Under the pieces are notes generated by a model. That model was not told the origin of the DNA and did no database searches. It saw nothing but the letters and a program-made list of their open reading frames with translations. A DNA stretch of 64,000 nt from Pelomicrobium sp. (GTDB taxonomy: Bacteria > Pseudomonadota > Gammaproteobacteria > Burkholderiales > UBA6910), in NCBI GenBank assembly GCA_035466595.1, contig DATIUV010000072.1:5816-69815 (forward strand), given 5' to 3'. The position numbers and the translations under genes are program-made. This document shows, piece after piece, positions 1 to 8,737 of the stretch (positions are counted from its first letter, which is position 1; every line of letters begins with the position of its first letter).

Positions 1-189
1 CGCCACGTCCCGCAGCGCCGGCGCACCGACGGCCTCCGCCAGCGTGAGCAGCAGCGCCGTGCCGGCGGTGCCGAACAGCTGCGCGGCCACCATGCGGTCG
101 GCGGGCGTCGGCCCGCGCAGGATGCGGACCAGCCCGCCGGCGAGGCTGAGCAGGATCAGCACGCCCATCGCCAGCAGAAAGTCATCCAT
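1..189 (-). CDS. mrpF: Monovalent cation/H+ antiporter subunit F (MrpF/MnhF), 5' part only; the gene runs off the left edge
   Basis: Manual minus-strand translation from the ATG at 187-189 gives MDDFLLAMGVLILLSLAGGLVRILRGPTPADRMVAAQLFG..., a hydrophobic protein with the GPTxADR motif typical of MnhF. The start overlaps the mrpE stop (ATGGATGA). Confidence 0.65.
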   Translation of the reverse strand, partial: MDDFLLAMGVLILLSLAGGLVRILRGPTPADRMVAAQLFGTAGTALLLTLAEAVGAPALRDVA

Positions 190-676
190 CGTCGAGCTCC
201 TCTCCGAAAACGGCCGCCACGCGGCGCTCGAGCCGGGCCAGCGTGGGCTCGAACGGCATGGCGCGGTCCAGCACGTGCACCCGCAGGCTGTCCCCGCGCA
301 GGGTCGCCGACAGGGTGCCCGGCAACAGGGTGACAACGCCGGCCATGAAGACCCGCGCGGCCGGCGCCGACAGCCGGAAGTCGTGGACCACCAGCGCCGG
401 GTCGATCGCCAGGGAAGGCACGACGATGCGCCGGGCGACGTCGACCCCGGCGCTCACGGACTGCAGCGCGAAGAAGCCGGCGAACCGCAGCACGCCCAGC
501 GGCCGCAGCCGGATGCGCTCGAGCCGCGCGCTGCTGACGACGCTGATGGCGAGCACCGCGGGCAGGCCGACGACCCACGATTCCGGCGCGCCGCCCGTGA
601 GCACCCACCACAGGGCGCCCAGCACAATGGCATGGGCGGCCGCGCGGGTCGTGCGCTGCCTGGTCGCGGTGTTCAC
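182..676 (-). CDS. mrpE: Monovalent cation/H+ antiporter subunit E (MrpE/MnhE)
   Basis: The C-terminal 164 codons of ORF 182..1309 read VNTATRQR...LWWVLTGG...LRFAGFFALQSVSAGVDVARR...LLPGTLS, which is MnhE-like. The start was set at the in-frame GTG at 674-676. The upstream part of that ORF is antisense to the CaCA gene. Confidence 0.7.
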   Translation of the reverse strand: MNTATRQRTTRAAAHAIVLGALWWVLTGGAPESWVVGLPAVLAISVVSSARLERIRLRPLGVLRFAGFFALQSVSAGVDVARRIVVPSLAIDPALVVHDFRLSAPAARVFMAGVVTLLPGTLSATLRGDSLRVHVLDRAMPFEPTLARLERRVAAVFGEELDDG

Positions 677-738
677 ATCAGTTACGACCGCGGCCGGCGG
701 CAAACGATCTGCCGCGACGGCATCCGGCGCGAATCGGC

Positions 739-1791
739 TTAGCGGCCCGCGCGGCGGCGGAACTCGCGGTAGGCCAGCACGGCCAGGGTGACGGCGGTCA
801 GCGGCAGCACGAACAGCAGCATCGCCCCGCTCAGCGCGGGCAGCGCGGCGTGCTCCGTCGCTTTGAGCACCAGGAATGCGGTATAGGCCGCGTAGAAGGC
901 GAGGAACAGGCCGCCCTCCCAGCGCTCGATGCAATGGCCGGTGAAGAAGATCGGCAGGCAGGCGGCCGCGACGGCAATCATGACCGGGATGTCGAAGGCC
1001 AGCGCGGCGGGAGCCACGGCGATCCCGGACGGCGCCACCGTCGCGGCGATGCCCAGCACGGCGAGGATATTGAAGATGCCGCTGCCCACCACGTTGCCCA
1101 CCGCGATGTCGCGCTGGCCGCGGACCGCGGCGATGACGGACGTCACGACCTCCGGCAGCGACGTGCCCGCAGCGATGATGGTGAGCCCGATCACGAGCTC
1201 CGACAAGCCCAGCGACCGCGCCAGGCTGACGGCGGCCTCCACCAGCCAGCCCGCGCCGATCACCAGCAGGCCGAGGCCGATCACGATGAGTACCACGCTG
1301 CGCCACCACGGGCCGGCCGGCGGCGCGCCCTCGTCGCCCGCCGCCGTATCGCGGCGGCTCAACCAGACGGCGAACGCAAGGTAGCCGGCAAGGCCGGCGA
1401 CCAGCAGCATCCCGTCCAGCCGGCTGACCTGTCCGTCGAGCGCAAGCAGCAGGAGCAGGAAGGAGACGCCCACCATGATGGGCGCGTCCCAGATCACCAG
1501 CTGGCGCGAGACCGCGAGCGGCGTCACCAGCGCCGCGGCACCGAGGATGAAGAGCACGTTGAAGATGTTGCTGCCCACCACGTTGCCGAGCGCCACGTCG
1601 ACGGTGCCCGACAAGGCCGCGCCGACGCTCACGGCCAGCTCCGGCGAGCTGGTGCCGAAGGCTACCACCGTCAGCCCCACCACCAGCGGCGTGAGCCCGA
1701 GGGCGAGCGCGAGGCGGGACGCGCCGCGCACCAGCAGCTCGCCGCCGGCGATGAGCAGGACCAGTCCGCCCAGAAACATCAGCGTCGTCAT
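739..1791 (-). CDS. Ca2+/Na+ antiporter, CaCA (YrbG-like) family
   Basis: 350-aa polytopic protein with two alpha-repeat motifs (GTSSPELAVS and GTSLPEVVTS) typical of CaCA exchangers. Confidence 0.85.
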   Translation of the reverse strand: MTTLMFLGGLVLLIAGGELLVRGASRLALALGLTPLVVGLTVVAFGTSSPELAVSVGAALSGTVDVALGNVVGSNIFNVLFILGAAALVTPLAVSRQLVIWDAPIMVGVSFLLLLLALDGQVSRLDGMLLVAGLAGYLAFAVWLSRRDTAAGDEGAPPAGPWWRSVVLIVIGLGLLVIGAGWLVEAAVSLARSLGLSELVIGLTIIAAGTSLPEVVTSVIAAVRGQRDIAVGNVVGSGIFNILAVLGIAATVAPSGIAVAPAALAFDIPVMIAVAAACLPIFFTGHCIERWEGGLFLAFYAAYTAFLVLKATEHAALPALSGAMLLFVLPLTAVTLAVLAYREFRRRAGR

Positions 1792-1877
1792 CGCAGCATC
1801 CGAAAAAAGAAAACGGCCCCGCTGCAGGCGGGACCGTTCCTATTGTAGCGGGCCGGCGCGGCGCGCCGACACCCGGC

Positions 1878-2849
1878 TTATCCGGCGCTCTCGGTCTGCG
1901 GCTTCGCCGCCGGCTTGGTCAGCAGGCTCAGCACCACCGCCGCGGCCAGGATCGCCGCGACCACGCCGAGGGAGGCGAACACCGGGATCTTGACGAAGTC
2001 CACGATCAGCATCTTGGTGCCGATGAACACCAGGATCAGCGCCAGGCCGTAGGTGAGCAGGTGGAAGCGGCTGGCGAAGTCGGCCAGCAGGAAGTACATC
2101 GCCCGCAGTCCCAGGATCGCGAACACGTTGGAGGTGAGCACGATGAACGGGTCCAGCGTGATGGCGAAGATCGCCGGGATGCTGTCGACCGCGAACACCA
2201 CGTCGGTCACGCCCACCATCACCATGACGACGAACAGCGGGGTGGCCCACTTGAGGCCGTCCTTCATGACGAAGAACCGCTCCTGGTGGAACTCGGGCGT
2301 GATGCGCAGGTGGCCGCGCAGCCAGCGCAGCACCGGGTTGCGGTCCAGGTCCGGCTCCTGCCCGGCGAACAGCCACATCTTGACGCCGGTCACCAGCAGG
2401 AACAGGCCGAAAATGTAGAGCACCCAGTGGAACTGCGCGATCAGCCAGGCGCCGATCAGGATCATGATCGCGCGCAGCACGATCGCGCCGATGATGCCGA
2501 AGATCAGGACCCGGCGCTGAAACTCGGGCGGCACGGCGAAGAAGGTGAACAGCATCAGGAAGACGAAGATGTTGTCCACCGCCAGCGATTTCTCGATCAG
2601 GTAGCCGGTGACGAACTCGGTCGCCTTGAGGTTGGCGACCTCGCGCCCGGCCGAGCCGTCCAGGTACCACCACAGCAGGCCGGCGAACACGAACGAGAGC
2701 GCGACCCAAAGCGCCGACCACCACGCCGCCTCCTTCATGGTGACCTTCTTCGCGCCCTTTCTCTCCAGCAGCAGGATGTCGACGGCGAGCGCCACCACCA
2801 CGAATGCCGCGAACGCGGCCCACATCCACCAGGTGCCGATGCTTTCCAT
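1878..2849 (-). CDS. TerC family integral membrane protein (Alx/YkoY-like, putative Mn2+ exporter)
   Basis: 323-aa membrane protein. The stretch [12 protein letters not shown]...FAVDSIPAI is typical of the TerC family. It lies downstream of a yybP-ykoY riboswitch. Confidence 0.85.
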   Translation of the reverse strand: MESIGTWWMWAAFAAFVVVALAVDILLLERKGAKKVTMKEAAWWSALWVALSFVFAGLLWWYLDGSAGREVANLKATEFVTGYLIEKSLAVDNIFVFLMLFTFFAVPPEFQRRVLIFGIIGAIVLRAIMILIGAWLIAQFHWVLYIFGLFLLVTGVKMWLFAGQEPDLDRNPVLRWLRGHLRITPEFHQERFFVMKDGLKWATPLFVVMVMVGVTDVVFAVDSIPAIFAITLDPFIVLTSNVFAILGLRAMYFLLADFASRFHLLTYGLALILVFIGTKMLIVDFVKIPVFASLGVVAAILAAAVVLSLLTKPAAKPQTESAG

Positions 2850-2963
2850 GTCCCAATCTCCCCTTTCAGTTGCGAAGCAAATAAGTCACGGGCGCCGGCG
2901 TCCCCGGCAACACCGCTTTGTCCCCCCGTCCCCGCGCCGGCATCCCGCAGCGCGCGGTTCCCG

Positions 2964-3383
2964 TCAGGCCGTCTCCGCCAGGGCCTGCCGCAGCGACTCC
3001 AGCGTGAGACCCCAGCGCTCCAGCACCTGGTGCAGGAAGGCCAGCTCGGCCTCGTGGAACCGGCCGTCGGCGTCGCAGACGTTGAGCAGGAGCCCGCAAA
3101 CCCGCACCCGCAGCCGGGGGTCGGTGACCTCGTCCAGGACGCGCCCGATGCGCTGCGGATCCAGCAGGCGAATGCGCTCGGCGCCGCTCCCCTCGGCGAG
3201 AAGGTCCTGGCAGTACTGGTGAACGACCTCGAGGAATTCGGCGCGCGTGAGGCCGAGGATGGCGTAGGCGTCCAGGTCGTCGAGGACCTGCAGCTCGCGG
3301 TGGTCCAGGCGGGCGTCGGTGACGATCGCCATGGCGACGACGCGGGCCAGCGCGCGGGGACTGTTGGTCGGATACGGTCTCAT
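2964..3383 (-). CDS. TerB-like (tellurite-resistance TerB / DjlA N-terminal domain family) protein
   Basis: 139 aa. The DGRFHEAELAFLHQV pattern and helical composition resemble the TerB fold. It is the first gene after the riboswitch. Confidence 0.6.
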   Translation of the reverse strand: MRPYPTNSPRALARVVAMAIVTDARLDHRELQVLDDLDAYAILGLTRAEFLEVVHQYCQDLLAEGSGAERIRLLDPQRIGRVLDEVTDPRLRVRVCGLLLNVCDADGRFHEAELAFLHQVLERWGLTLESLRQALAETA

Positions 3384-3504
3384 GGTGCTCCCTTGTCAGG
3401 CGGCACCACGAAGGCGGGGGTGCCGGTCCGCGCAGCCCGCGCCAGGAATCCTCAGGAGGATGGGGTCTTTCGGCGGCGGGATCGCGCGGAGCGGCCCCAG
3501 AAAG

Positions 3505-3625
3505 CGAAAAGACCCTTGCCATCGCTGGCAAAGGTCTCGCTTGCAACGCCTGGCGTTGCCAACCGGACCGGGGCTCGACGCCCGTATTGACGATCCGGCT
3601 GCTGGAAGCTACTCCCCTTTGGCCA
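3505..3625 (-). promoter_or_regulatory. yybP-ykoY (Mn2+) riboswitch with terminator expression platform
   Basis: The minus strand reads CCAAAGGGGAGTAGCTTCC...GGTTGGCAACGCCAGGCGTTGCAAGCGAGACCTTTGCCAGCGATGGCAAGGGTCTTTTCGCTTTC. This contains both conserved cores (AAAGGGGAGUAGC and GCAAGNGAGACCUUUGCC). The hairpin GACCTTTGCCA/TGGCAAGGGTC is followed by a U-rich tract. Confidence 0.8.
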
Positions 3626-3750
3626 TCGCGTCCCGTTGGGGGGCGACAGCGGAGTGCGGGTTACCGACAAGTAGACCGGCCGCCGGCCAAAAGTTCCCGG
3701 CCGGAAAAAGAAAACCCCGAATCAATGGGTTGCAGCAGACCGCCGGGCGC

Positions 3751-4713
3751 TCAGCGGATCAGGCCGGCGGCCATGATCAGCGGCAGGCTGACCCAGAAAG
3801 CCAGCGTGCTCCAGCCGATCAGCAGCGCCGCCGCCTCGTGGTCGAGGCGGAAGCGGTCGGCCAGCAGCAGCGCCGTCATCATGGTCGGGGTCGTGCCTTC
3901 CACCACCGCAGCGAACTGCGGCTCTTCGAGCGGGCGGAACAGCAGCCACGCGGCCGCCCAGACCAGCAATGGCGTCACCAGCAGCTTGACGCCCGCGGCC
4001 GCGAGGATCTCGCGCCGGGGGCGCAGCGCGCGCCATGGCACCGTGAGGCCGAGCACGAACAGGATCACGGGAATCGTCGCCTGGCCGATGAAGTAGGTGG
4101 CGCGCACCAGCGGCTCGTACACGAGCCCGGATTGCTGCGCGGCCACGCCCAGCACGAACGCCCAGATCGGCGGCATCGTCACCATGACGCGGAACACCGA
4201 CGGCTGGTCGGCCGCGTCGCGGTGCGCGCCGAGCCGCGTGCAGATCCACACGCCGACGCTCCAGACCAGTGGCATCGTCATCAGCATGTCGTTGAACACG
4301 GCGTAGCGGATGGCGTCGGGACCGTAGAAGAACTGCAGCACCGGAACGCCGATGTTGAAGGTGTTGCCGAACATCCCGCCCACCATGAGGATCGCGCGCG
4401 TGCCGTCGGCGAGATTGCGCCCCAGCGGGGAGCGGTACAGCAGCCAGTACAGCACCACGCCCGAAAGCAGCGAGCCGATGCCCACCAGCAGCGGCACGCT
4501 CAGCAGCGCGGCGTCGATCGGGGTCGTCGCCGAGACCGCGAAGACGATCGCCGGATAGAAGACGTAAAGCACCAGCCGGTTCAGCTGGCTGCGCAGCACC
4601 GCCAGCGGCGCGTCGCGGAAGATGAGCGGCCACACGCCGCCGGCGGCGACCAGCAGCGCCAGCGGCAGCATGACCTGGACCATCAGGCCGATCAGCTGCG
4701 CGGGGTAGTTCAT
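3751..4713 (-). CDS. AEC (auxin efflux carrier) family transporter
   Basis: 320-aa protein with about 10 predicted TM segments and the two-lobe hydrophobic architecture typical of AEC/MleP-like permeases. Confidence 0.75.
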   Translation of the reverse strand: MNYPAQLIGLMVQVMLPLALLVAAGGVWPLIFRDAPLAVLRSQLNRLVLYVFYPAIVFAVSATTPIDAALLSVPLLVGIGSLLSGVVLYWLLYRSPLGRNLADGTRAILMVGGMFGNTFNIGVPVLQFFYGPDAIRYAVFNDMLMTMPLVWSVGVWICTRLGAHRDAADQPSVFRVMVTMPPIWAFVLGVAAQQSGLVYEPLVRATYFIGQATIPVILFVLGLTVPWRALRPRREILAAAGVKLLVTPLLVWAAAWLLFRPLEEPQFAAVVEGTTPTMMTALLLADRFRLDHEAAALLIGWSTLAFWVSLPLIMAAGLIR

Positions 4714-4782
4714 GGCGGGCCGCTGCCCGAGGAAGGGGGCGGAACGTCGGTCATGGGAGGGCGGACGGGCAGCGGGTTACTG

Positions 4783-4972
4783 GCGATGGGTGATAGGGGA
4801 ACGGGAAATCGGGTGATCGACGATGGGTGGTTGGGGACTCGGGCAGACCGAGGCGAAGCGCCGTTCAGCTACTGCTCATCAGGATCGCTCATCACCAATT
4901 GCTCATCACCGATCGCTCATCACCGATCGCTCATCACTCATCACCCATTGCCCATCACGGATCGCCCGTCAC
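4783..4972. repeat. Degenerate 11-14 nt tandem repeat array (unit about TCGCTCATCACCGA, about 8 copies at 4873-4972) with an inverted partner arm (4783-4835)
   Basis: Read directly from the sequence: tgctcatcagga / tcgctcatcaccaat / tgctcatcaccga / tcgctcatcaccga / tcgctcatcac / tcatcacccat / tgcccatcacgga / tcgcccgtcaccgc. The left arm (gcgatgggtgata, cgggtgatcga, cgatgggtgg) is the reverse complement of the same motif. Confidence 0.8.
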
Positions 4973-5946
4973 CGCTTCTTCGCGTCCGGGTTGACCAGGT
5001 TGGGCGGATTGCCGACCGTGAGCGCCGCGACCAGGTTGTCAGCCGCCTTCTTCGCCATGTTGTAGCGGGTGGTACGCGTCGAGCTCGCGATATGCGGCGC
5101 CAGCACCACGTTCCGGAGTTCGAGAAAACCGGGATGCAGCTTGGGCTCGCCTTCATAGACGTCGAGCCCGGCGGCGGCGATGGTGCCGTCCTTCAGCGCC
5201 GCCACCAGCGCGGCATCGTCCACCACCCCGCCGCGCGCGGCGTTGATGAGAATCGCCGAAGGCTTCATGCGCTTGAGTTCCGCAGCGCCGATCAGGTGAT
5301 GGGTTTCCGCCGAGTAGGGGCAATGCAGCGTGACGAAGTCCGACTGCTCCAGCAGCTCCTCCTTGGTGACCAGCGTGGCGTTGCAGCGGCTCTCGATCTC
5401 CGGCGCCACGCGCTTGCGGTTCCAGTAGAGGACCTTCATGTCGAAGCCGGCGGCGCGGCGCGCCACCGCCTGGCCGATGCGGCCCATGCCGACGATGCCG
5501 AGCGTGGCGCCGTGGACGTCGGCGCCCAGCAGCTGCTTCAGCTCCCAGCGCTTCCACTCGCCGTGGCGCAGATAGGCCTCGGCCTCGGTCAGGCGCCGGG
5601 CGGCGCCGAGGATGAGCGCCCAAGTGAAGTCGGCGGTGGCGTCGTCCAGCACGCCCGGCGTGTTGGTGACGAGGATGCCGCGCTTCGTGCACTCGGCCAC
5701 GTCGATGTTGTTGTAGCCCACCGCGATGTTGCACACCGCCTTCAGCTTCGGCGCATGGTCCAGCAGCGCGGCGTCCACTTTGTCGACGATGGACGTCATG
5801 ACGCCTTCCTTGTCGGCCAGCCGCTCGGCCAGCTCCTGCGCGGACCAGGTCTCGTCGGCCTGGTTGGCGGTGACGCCGAAGCGGGATTCGAGGCTCACGA
5901 TGACCTCGTCGAAGATTTCGCGGGTGACCAGGATCTTGGTTCTCAT
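4969..5946 (-). CDS. D-isomer-specific 2-hydroxyacid dehydrogenase (glyoxylate/hydroxypyruvate reductase B-like)
   Basis: 325 aa with the GxGxxG motif (GIVGMGRIGQAV) and the catalytic region LINAARGGVVD...APHIASST. Confidence 0.85.
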   Translation of the reverse strand: MRTKILVTREIFDEVIVSLESRFGVTANQADETWSAQELAERLADKEGVMTSIVDKVDAALLDHAPKLKAVCNIAVGYNNIDVAECTKRGILVTNTPGVLDDATADFTWALILGAARRLTEAEAYLRHGEWKRWELKQLLGADVHGATLGIVGMGRIGQAVARRAAGFDMKVLYWNRKRVAPEIESRCNATLVTKEELLEQSDFVTLHCPYSAETHHLIGAAELKRMKPSAILINAARGGVVDDAALVAALKDGTIAAAGLDVYEGEPKLHPGFLELRNVVLAPHIASSTRTTRYNMAKKAADNLVAALTVGNPPNLVNPDAKKR

Positions 5947-6051
5947 GCTCGGCAGGTCCGGGAGTTGGCGTTAACGCGGGATGGTGCGGCCGGGGCGGAG
6001 AAGTTTAGCACGGCCCCTGCCGGCAGCCGGCTTGTTGGTCCCTGCGCCTTC

Positions 6052-6068
6052 ATATACGCTTGGTATAT
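6052..6068. promoter_or_regulatory. 17-bp palindromic operator candidate, copy 1 (ATATACGCTTGGTATAT)
   Basis: ATATAC-N5-GTATAT inverted repeat 31 nt upstream of the panB-like start. It is one of three near-identical copies in the window. Confidence 0.6.
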
Positions 6069-6098
6069 CAGCTATCGCACAGAGCCAGGGAGGCCGTC

Positions 6099-6968
6099 GT
6101 GCCGGAGGAAAAGCGCGCCAAGCGCACCATCACCGAGATCCGCGACTCGAAAAAGACCGGCGAGAAGATGGTGTACATGTCTGTGCCGGACTACACGTCG
6201 GCGCGCTGGGCGGAGATGGCGGGCGTCGACGTGGCGGTGGTGGGCGACAGCCTGGCGATGGTGGCCCACGGCCACCCAAGCACCATCCCCGCGACCATGG
6301 ACATGATGGTGATGCACGCCCAGGCGGTGCGGCGCGGCGCGCCGAACACGTTCGTGCTGGGCTGCATGCCCTACCAGAGCTACAACACCGTCGACCGGGC
6401 GCTCGTCAACGCGACCCGTTTCATGCAGGAGGCGGCCTGCGACGCGGTCAAGCCGCAGGGCGGCAAGAGCCAGGCGCACATCCTCAGGGCGCTGGTGGAC
6501 GCCGGCATCCCGACGGCCTCGCATATCGGCCTGACGCCGCACACCATCGCCATGTTCGGCGGCTTCAAGATCCAGGGCCGCACCGCGGACGCGGCGATGA
6601 GAATCCTCGAGGACGCATTCGCCATCCAGGACGCCGGCTGCTTCATGCTCGAGTTCGAGGCCGTGCCGGCGAAGATCGCGAAAATCATCTCCGAGCAGCT
6701 CGAGATTCCCACCATCGGCATCGGCGCCGGCGTCGGCACCGACGGCCAGATCCTGCTCTCGTACGACCTGCTCGGCGTGTTCACCGACTTCAAGCCCAAG
6801 TTCACCAAGCGCTACAGCAACCTGACGGAGGTCGCGGTGAAGGGCATCCGCCAGTACGTCGACGAGGTGAAGACCGGAAAATTCCCCGACGACGACCACA
6901 GCTACGGCGTCGACGACGCCGAGTACGAGAGGTTTCTCGGCCTGGTCGAGCGCCGCAGGCAGCTCTGA
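6099..6968 (+). CDS. 3-methyl-2-oxobutanoate hydroxymethyltransferase family protein (PanB-like paralog)
   Basis: The PanB signature is present throughout (VGDSLAMV...HIGLTPH...IGIGAG). The start was moved to the GTG at 6099, preceded by AGGGAGG. The reported ORF start at 6060 is a TTG with no ribosome-binding site. Confidence 0.8.
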   Translation: MPEEKRAKRTITEIRDSKKTGEKMVYMSVPDYTSARWAEMAGVDVAVVGDSLAMVAHGHPSTIPATMDMMVMHAQAVRRGAPNTFVLGCMPYQSYNTVDRALVNATRFMQEAACDAVKPQGGKSQAHILRALVDAGIPTASHIGLTPHTIAMFGGFKIQGRTADAAMRILEDAFAIQDAGCFMLEFEAVPAKIAKIISEQLEIPTIGIGAGVGTDGQILLSYDLLGVFTDFKPKFTKRYSNLTEVAVKGIRQYVDEVKTGKFPDDDHSYGVDDAEYERFLGLVERRRQL

Positions 6969-6969
6969 G

Positions 6970-7701
6970 ATGCCGCGGGCAAGTTCCGCCGCCGCGGCGC
7001 GCAAGCGCACCGCTCCGCCCCGCCGGCGCTCGACGGCAGCGCGGCGCGACCGGCCGCCGCCGCTGAGCCTGACCGAGCGTGCCTACCGCGACCTCGAGGA
7101 ACTGATCGTCACCCTCAAGCTCGCGCCCGGCACTGCGGTGTCCGAGAGCGCGCTGAGCGAGCGCCTCGGCATCGGTCGCACGCCGATCCGCGAAGCGCTG
7201 CAACGGCTTGCGCGCGAGCGTCTGGTAACCATCCTGCCCCGCCGCGGCATCATCGTCTCCGAGGTGAACATCAAGAGCCAGCTGCGGCTGCTGGAGCTGC
7301 GCCGCGAAGTGGAGCGCCTGGTCGCGCGCTGCGCGGCGCGGCGCGCCAGCGAAGCGGAGCGCGCCCGCTTCGCCGAGCTCGCCGCCCTGTTCGAGAAGAG
7401 CGCGCGGGAAAACGACGACACCACCTTCCTGCGCATCGACCGCGAGTTCAACGAGCTGTGCGTGGCCGCCGCCCGCAACGAGTTCGCCAGCGTGGCGATG
7501 GGGCAGATGCAGTCGCTGTCGCGCCGGTTCTGGTACTTGCACTACAAGCAGGCGGCGGACCTGCCCGAGACGGCGCACCTGCACGCCGACATGGCGCGCG
7601 CCATCGCCGAGGGCAACCCGGAGGCGGCCGCCGCCGCGACCGATCGCCTGCTGGACAAGATCGAGTCGTTCACGCGCGCCACGGTGACGACGGATTTCTG
7701 A
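6970..7701 (+). CDS. GntR family transcriptional regulator (FadR subfamily, FCD C-terminal domain)
   Basis: Winged-HTH motif LSERLGIGRTPIREALQRLARERLV followed by a helical FCD-like domain. The N-terminal approximately 35 aa are Arg/Ala-rich, so the true start may lie further downstream. Confidence 0.85.
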   Translation: MPRASSAAAARKRTAPPRRRSTAARRDRPPPLSLTERAYRDLEELIVTLKLAPGTAVSESALSERLGIGRTPIREALQRLARERLVTILPRRGIIVSEVNIKSQLRLLELRREVERLVARCAARRASEAERARFAELAALFEKSARENDDTTFLRIDREFNELCVAAARNEFASVAMGQMQSLSRRFWYLHYKQAADLPETAHLHADMARAIAEGNPEAAAAATDRLLDKIESFTRATVTTDF

Positions 7702-7781
7702 GCCGCGATGCTGCATTGCCGCAGCCGCGCCACGCGCCGCGCTTGAAAAAACCGGGCCGGCAGGGCACACTTTGGGACTAG

Positions 7782-7798
7782 ATATACACCTGATATAT
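7782..7798. promoter_or_regulatory. 17-bp palindromic operator candidate, copy 2 (ATATACACCTGATATAT)
   Basis: Same motif as 6052-6068, located 59 nt upstream of the hydroxylase gene start at 7857. Confidence 0.6.
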
Positions 7799-7856
7799 TA
7801 GTGTCGCCGAATCCGTCAGGAGCGGCGCCGCAACCACCCGGCAGGAGGCAGCAGCC

Positions 7857-8678
7857 ATGACTACCCAAGACATGCTCGTCGAGCGCCACGCCATGGGCGA
7901 ACGCCAGCGCAAGTTCCGCCAGCAGTACATGTCGGAAGTCAGCCCGCTCTACAATGGTCCCTTCCACATCGGCGTCATCTACGTGGTGGGCGCCGCCGCC
8001 ATCTGGTGGTGCCTGACGCGGCTGGAGAACGCGACCTGGGAGTGGCTGCTGGTGATACCGGTGTTCGTGTTCTCGAACCTGTTCGAGTGGTGGATCCACA
8101 AGAACGTGATGCACCGGCTGAAGGACAAGTTCGCCCTGCGCGCGATCTACGACCGCCACACGCGCCAGCATCACGTCTATTTCTCGGACAACGAGATGAC
8201 GGTCGATTCCACGCGCGAGTGGCGCATCATCTTCTTTCCCTGGCGCGCGCTGTTCACGTTCATGGCGCTCGGCACGCCATTCGCGTTCCTGCTCGGCTGG
8301 CTGGTGAACCCGAACGCCGGCTACATCCTGATGATCACCATCGTCGGCCAATACCTGATCTACGAGACCTTCCACTACTGCTGCCACGTCCACGACAACT
8401 GGTTCGTGCGCAACATGCCGTTCGTCAACACCATCCGCCGCCACCACACCGTGCACCACAATGTCGGCGTGATGATGGACCTCAACATGAACCTCACTTT
8501 CCCCATCGCCGACTGGCTGATGGGCACCAGCGACCTCGACCGCGGCCTGCTGGGGCACATCTTCAACGGTTACAGCATGAAGCACCAGAAGCCCGAAGTC
8601 CGCGCCAAGATGCAGAAGTACATGAACGACGAGCAGGCAGCGGCCGCGGTCATCGACAGCGTTCGCCAGCCGGCCTGA
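7857..8678 (+). CDS. Fatty acid hydroxylase / sterol desaturase superfamily membrane di-iron enzyme
   Basis: 273 aa with hydrophobic segments and histidine boxes HKNVMHR, HTRQHH and HHTVHH. The ATG is preceded by AGGAGG. Confidence 0.8.
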   Translation: MTTQDMLVERHAMGERQRKFRQQYMSEVSPLYNGPFHIGVIYVVGAAAIWWCLTRLENATWEWLLVIPVFVFSNLFEWWIHKNVMHRLKDKFALRAIYDRHTRQHHVYFSDNEMTVDSTREWRIIFFPWRALFTFMALGTPFAFLLGWLVNPNAGYILMITIVGQYLIYETFHYCCHVHDNWFVRNMPFVNTIRRHHTVHHNVGVMMDLNMNLTFPIADWLMGTSDLDRGLLGHIFNGYSMKHQKPEVRAKMQKYMNDEQAAAAVIDSVRQPA

Positions 8679-8737
8679 GGTTCCCGCGCCGGCGACGGGC
8701 AACAAGACATCGAACCCAACCCAGAGGAGGAGGCAAC

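Noticed and set aside
2850-2963. Possible riboswitch in the short terB-like/terC intergenic region
   Set aside because: It was considered because TerC genes are classic yybP-ykoY targets. However, this gap lacks the GGGGAGUAG and GAGACCUUUGCC cores. The real element is upstream of the terB-like gene at 3505-3625.
4783-4972. CRISPR array interpretation of the CATCACC repeats
   Set aside because: The units are only 11-14 nt, directly abutting, degenerate and without spacers. No cas genes are in the window.
3319-6306. 995-aa plus-strand ORF, the longest in the track
   Set aside because: It runs antisense to three well-supported minus-strand genes (AEC transporter, 2-hydroxyacid dehydrogenase) and through the riboswitch and repeat region. 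Its translation is low-complexity and Arg/Ala/Gly/His-rich with no recognisable domain. This is the typical open antisense frame of GC-rich DNA.
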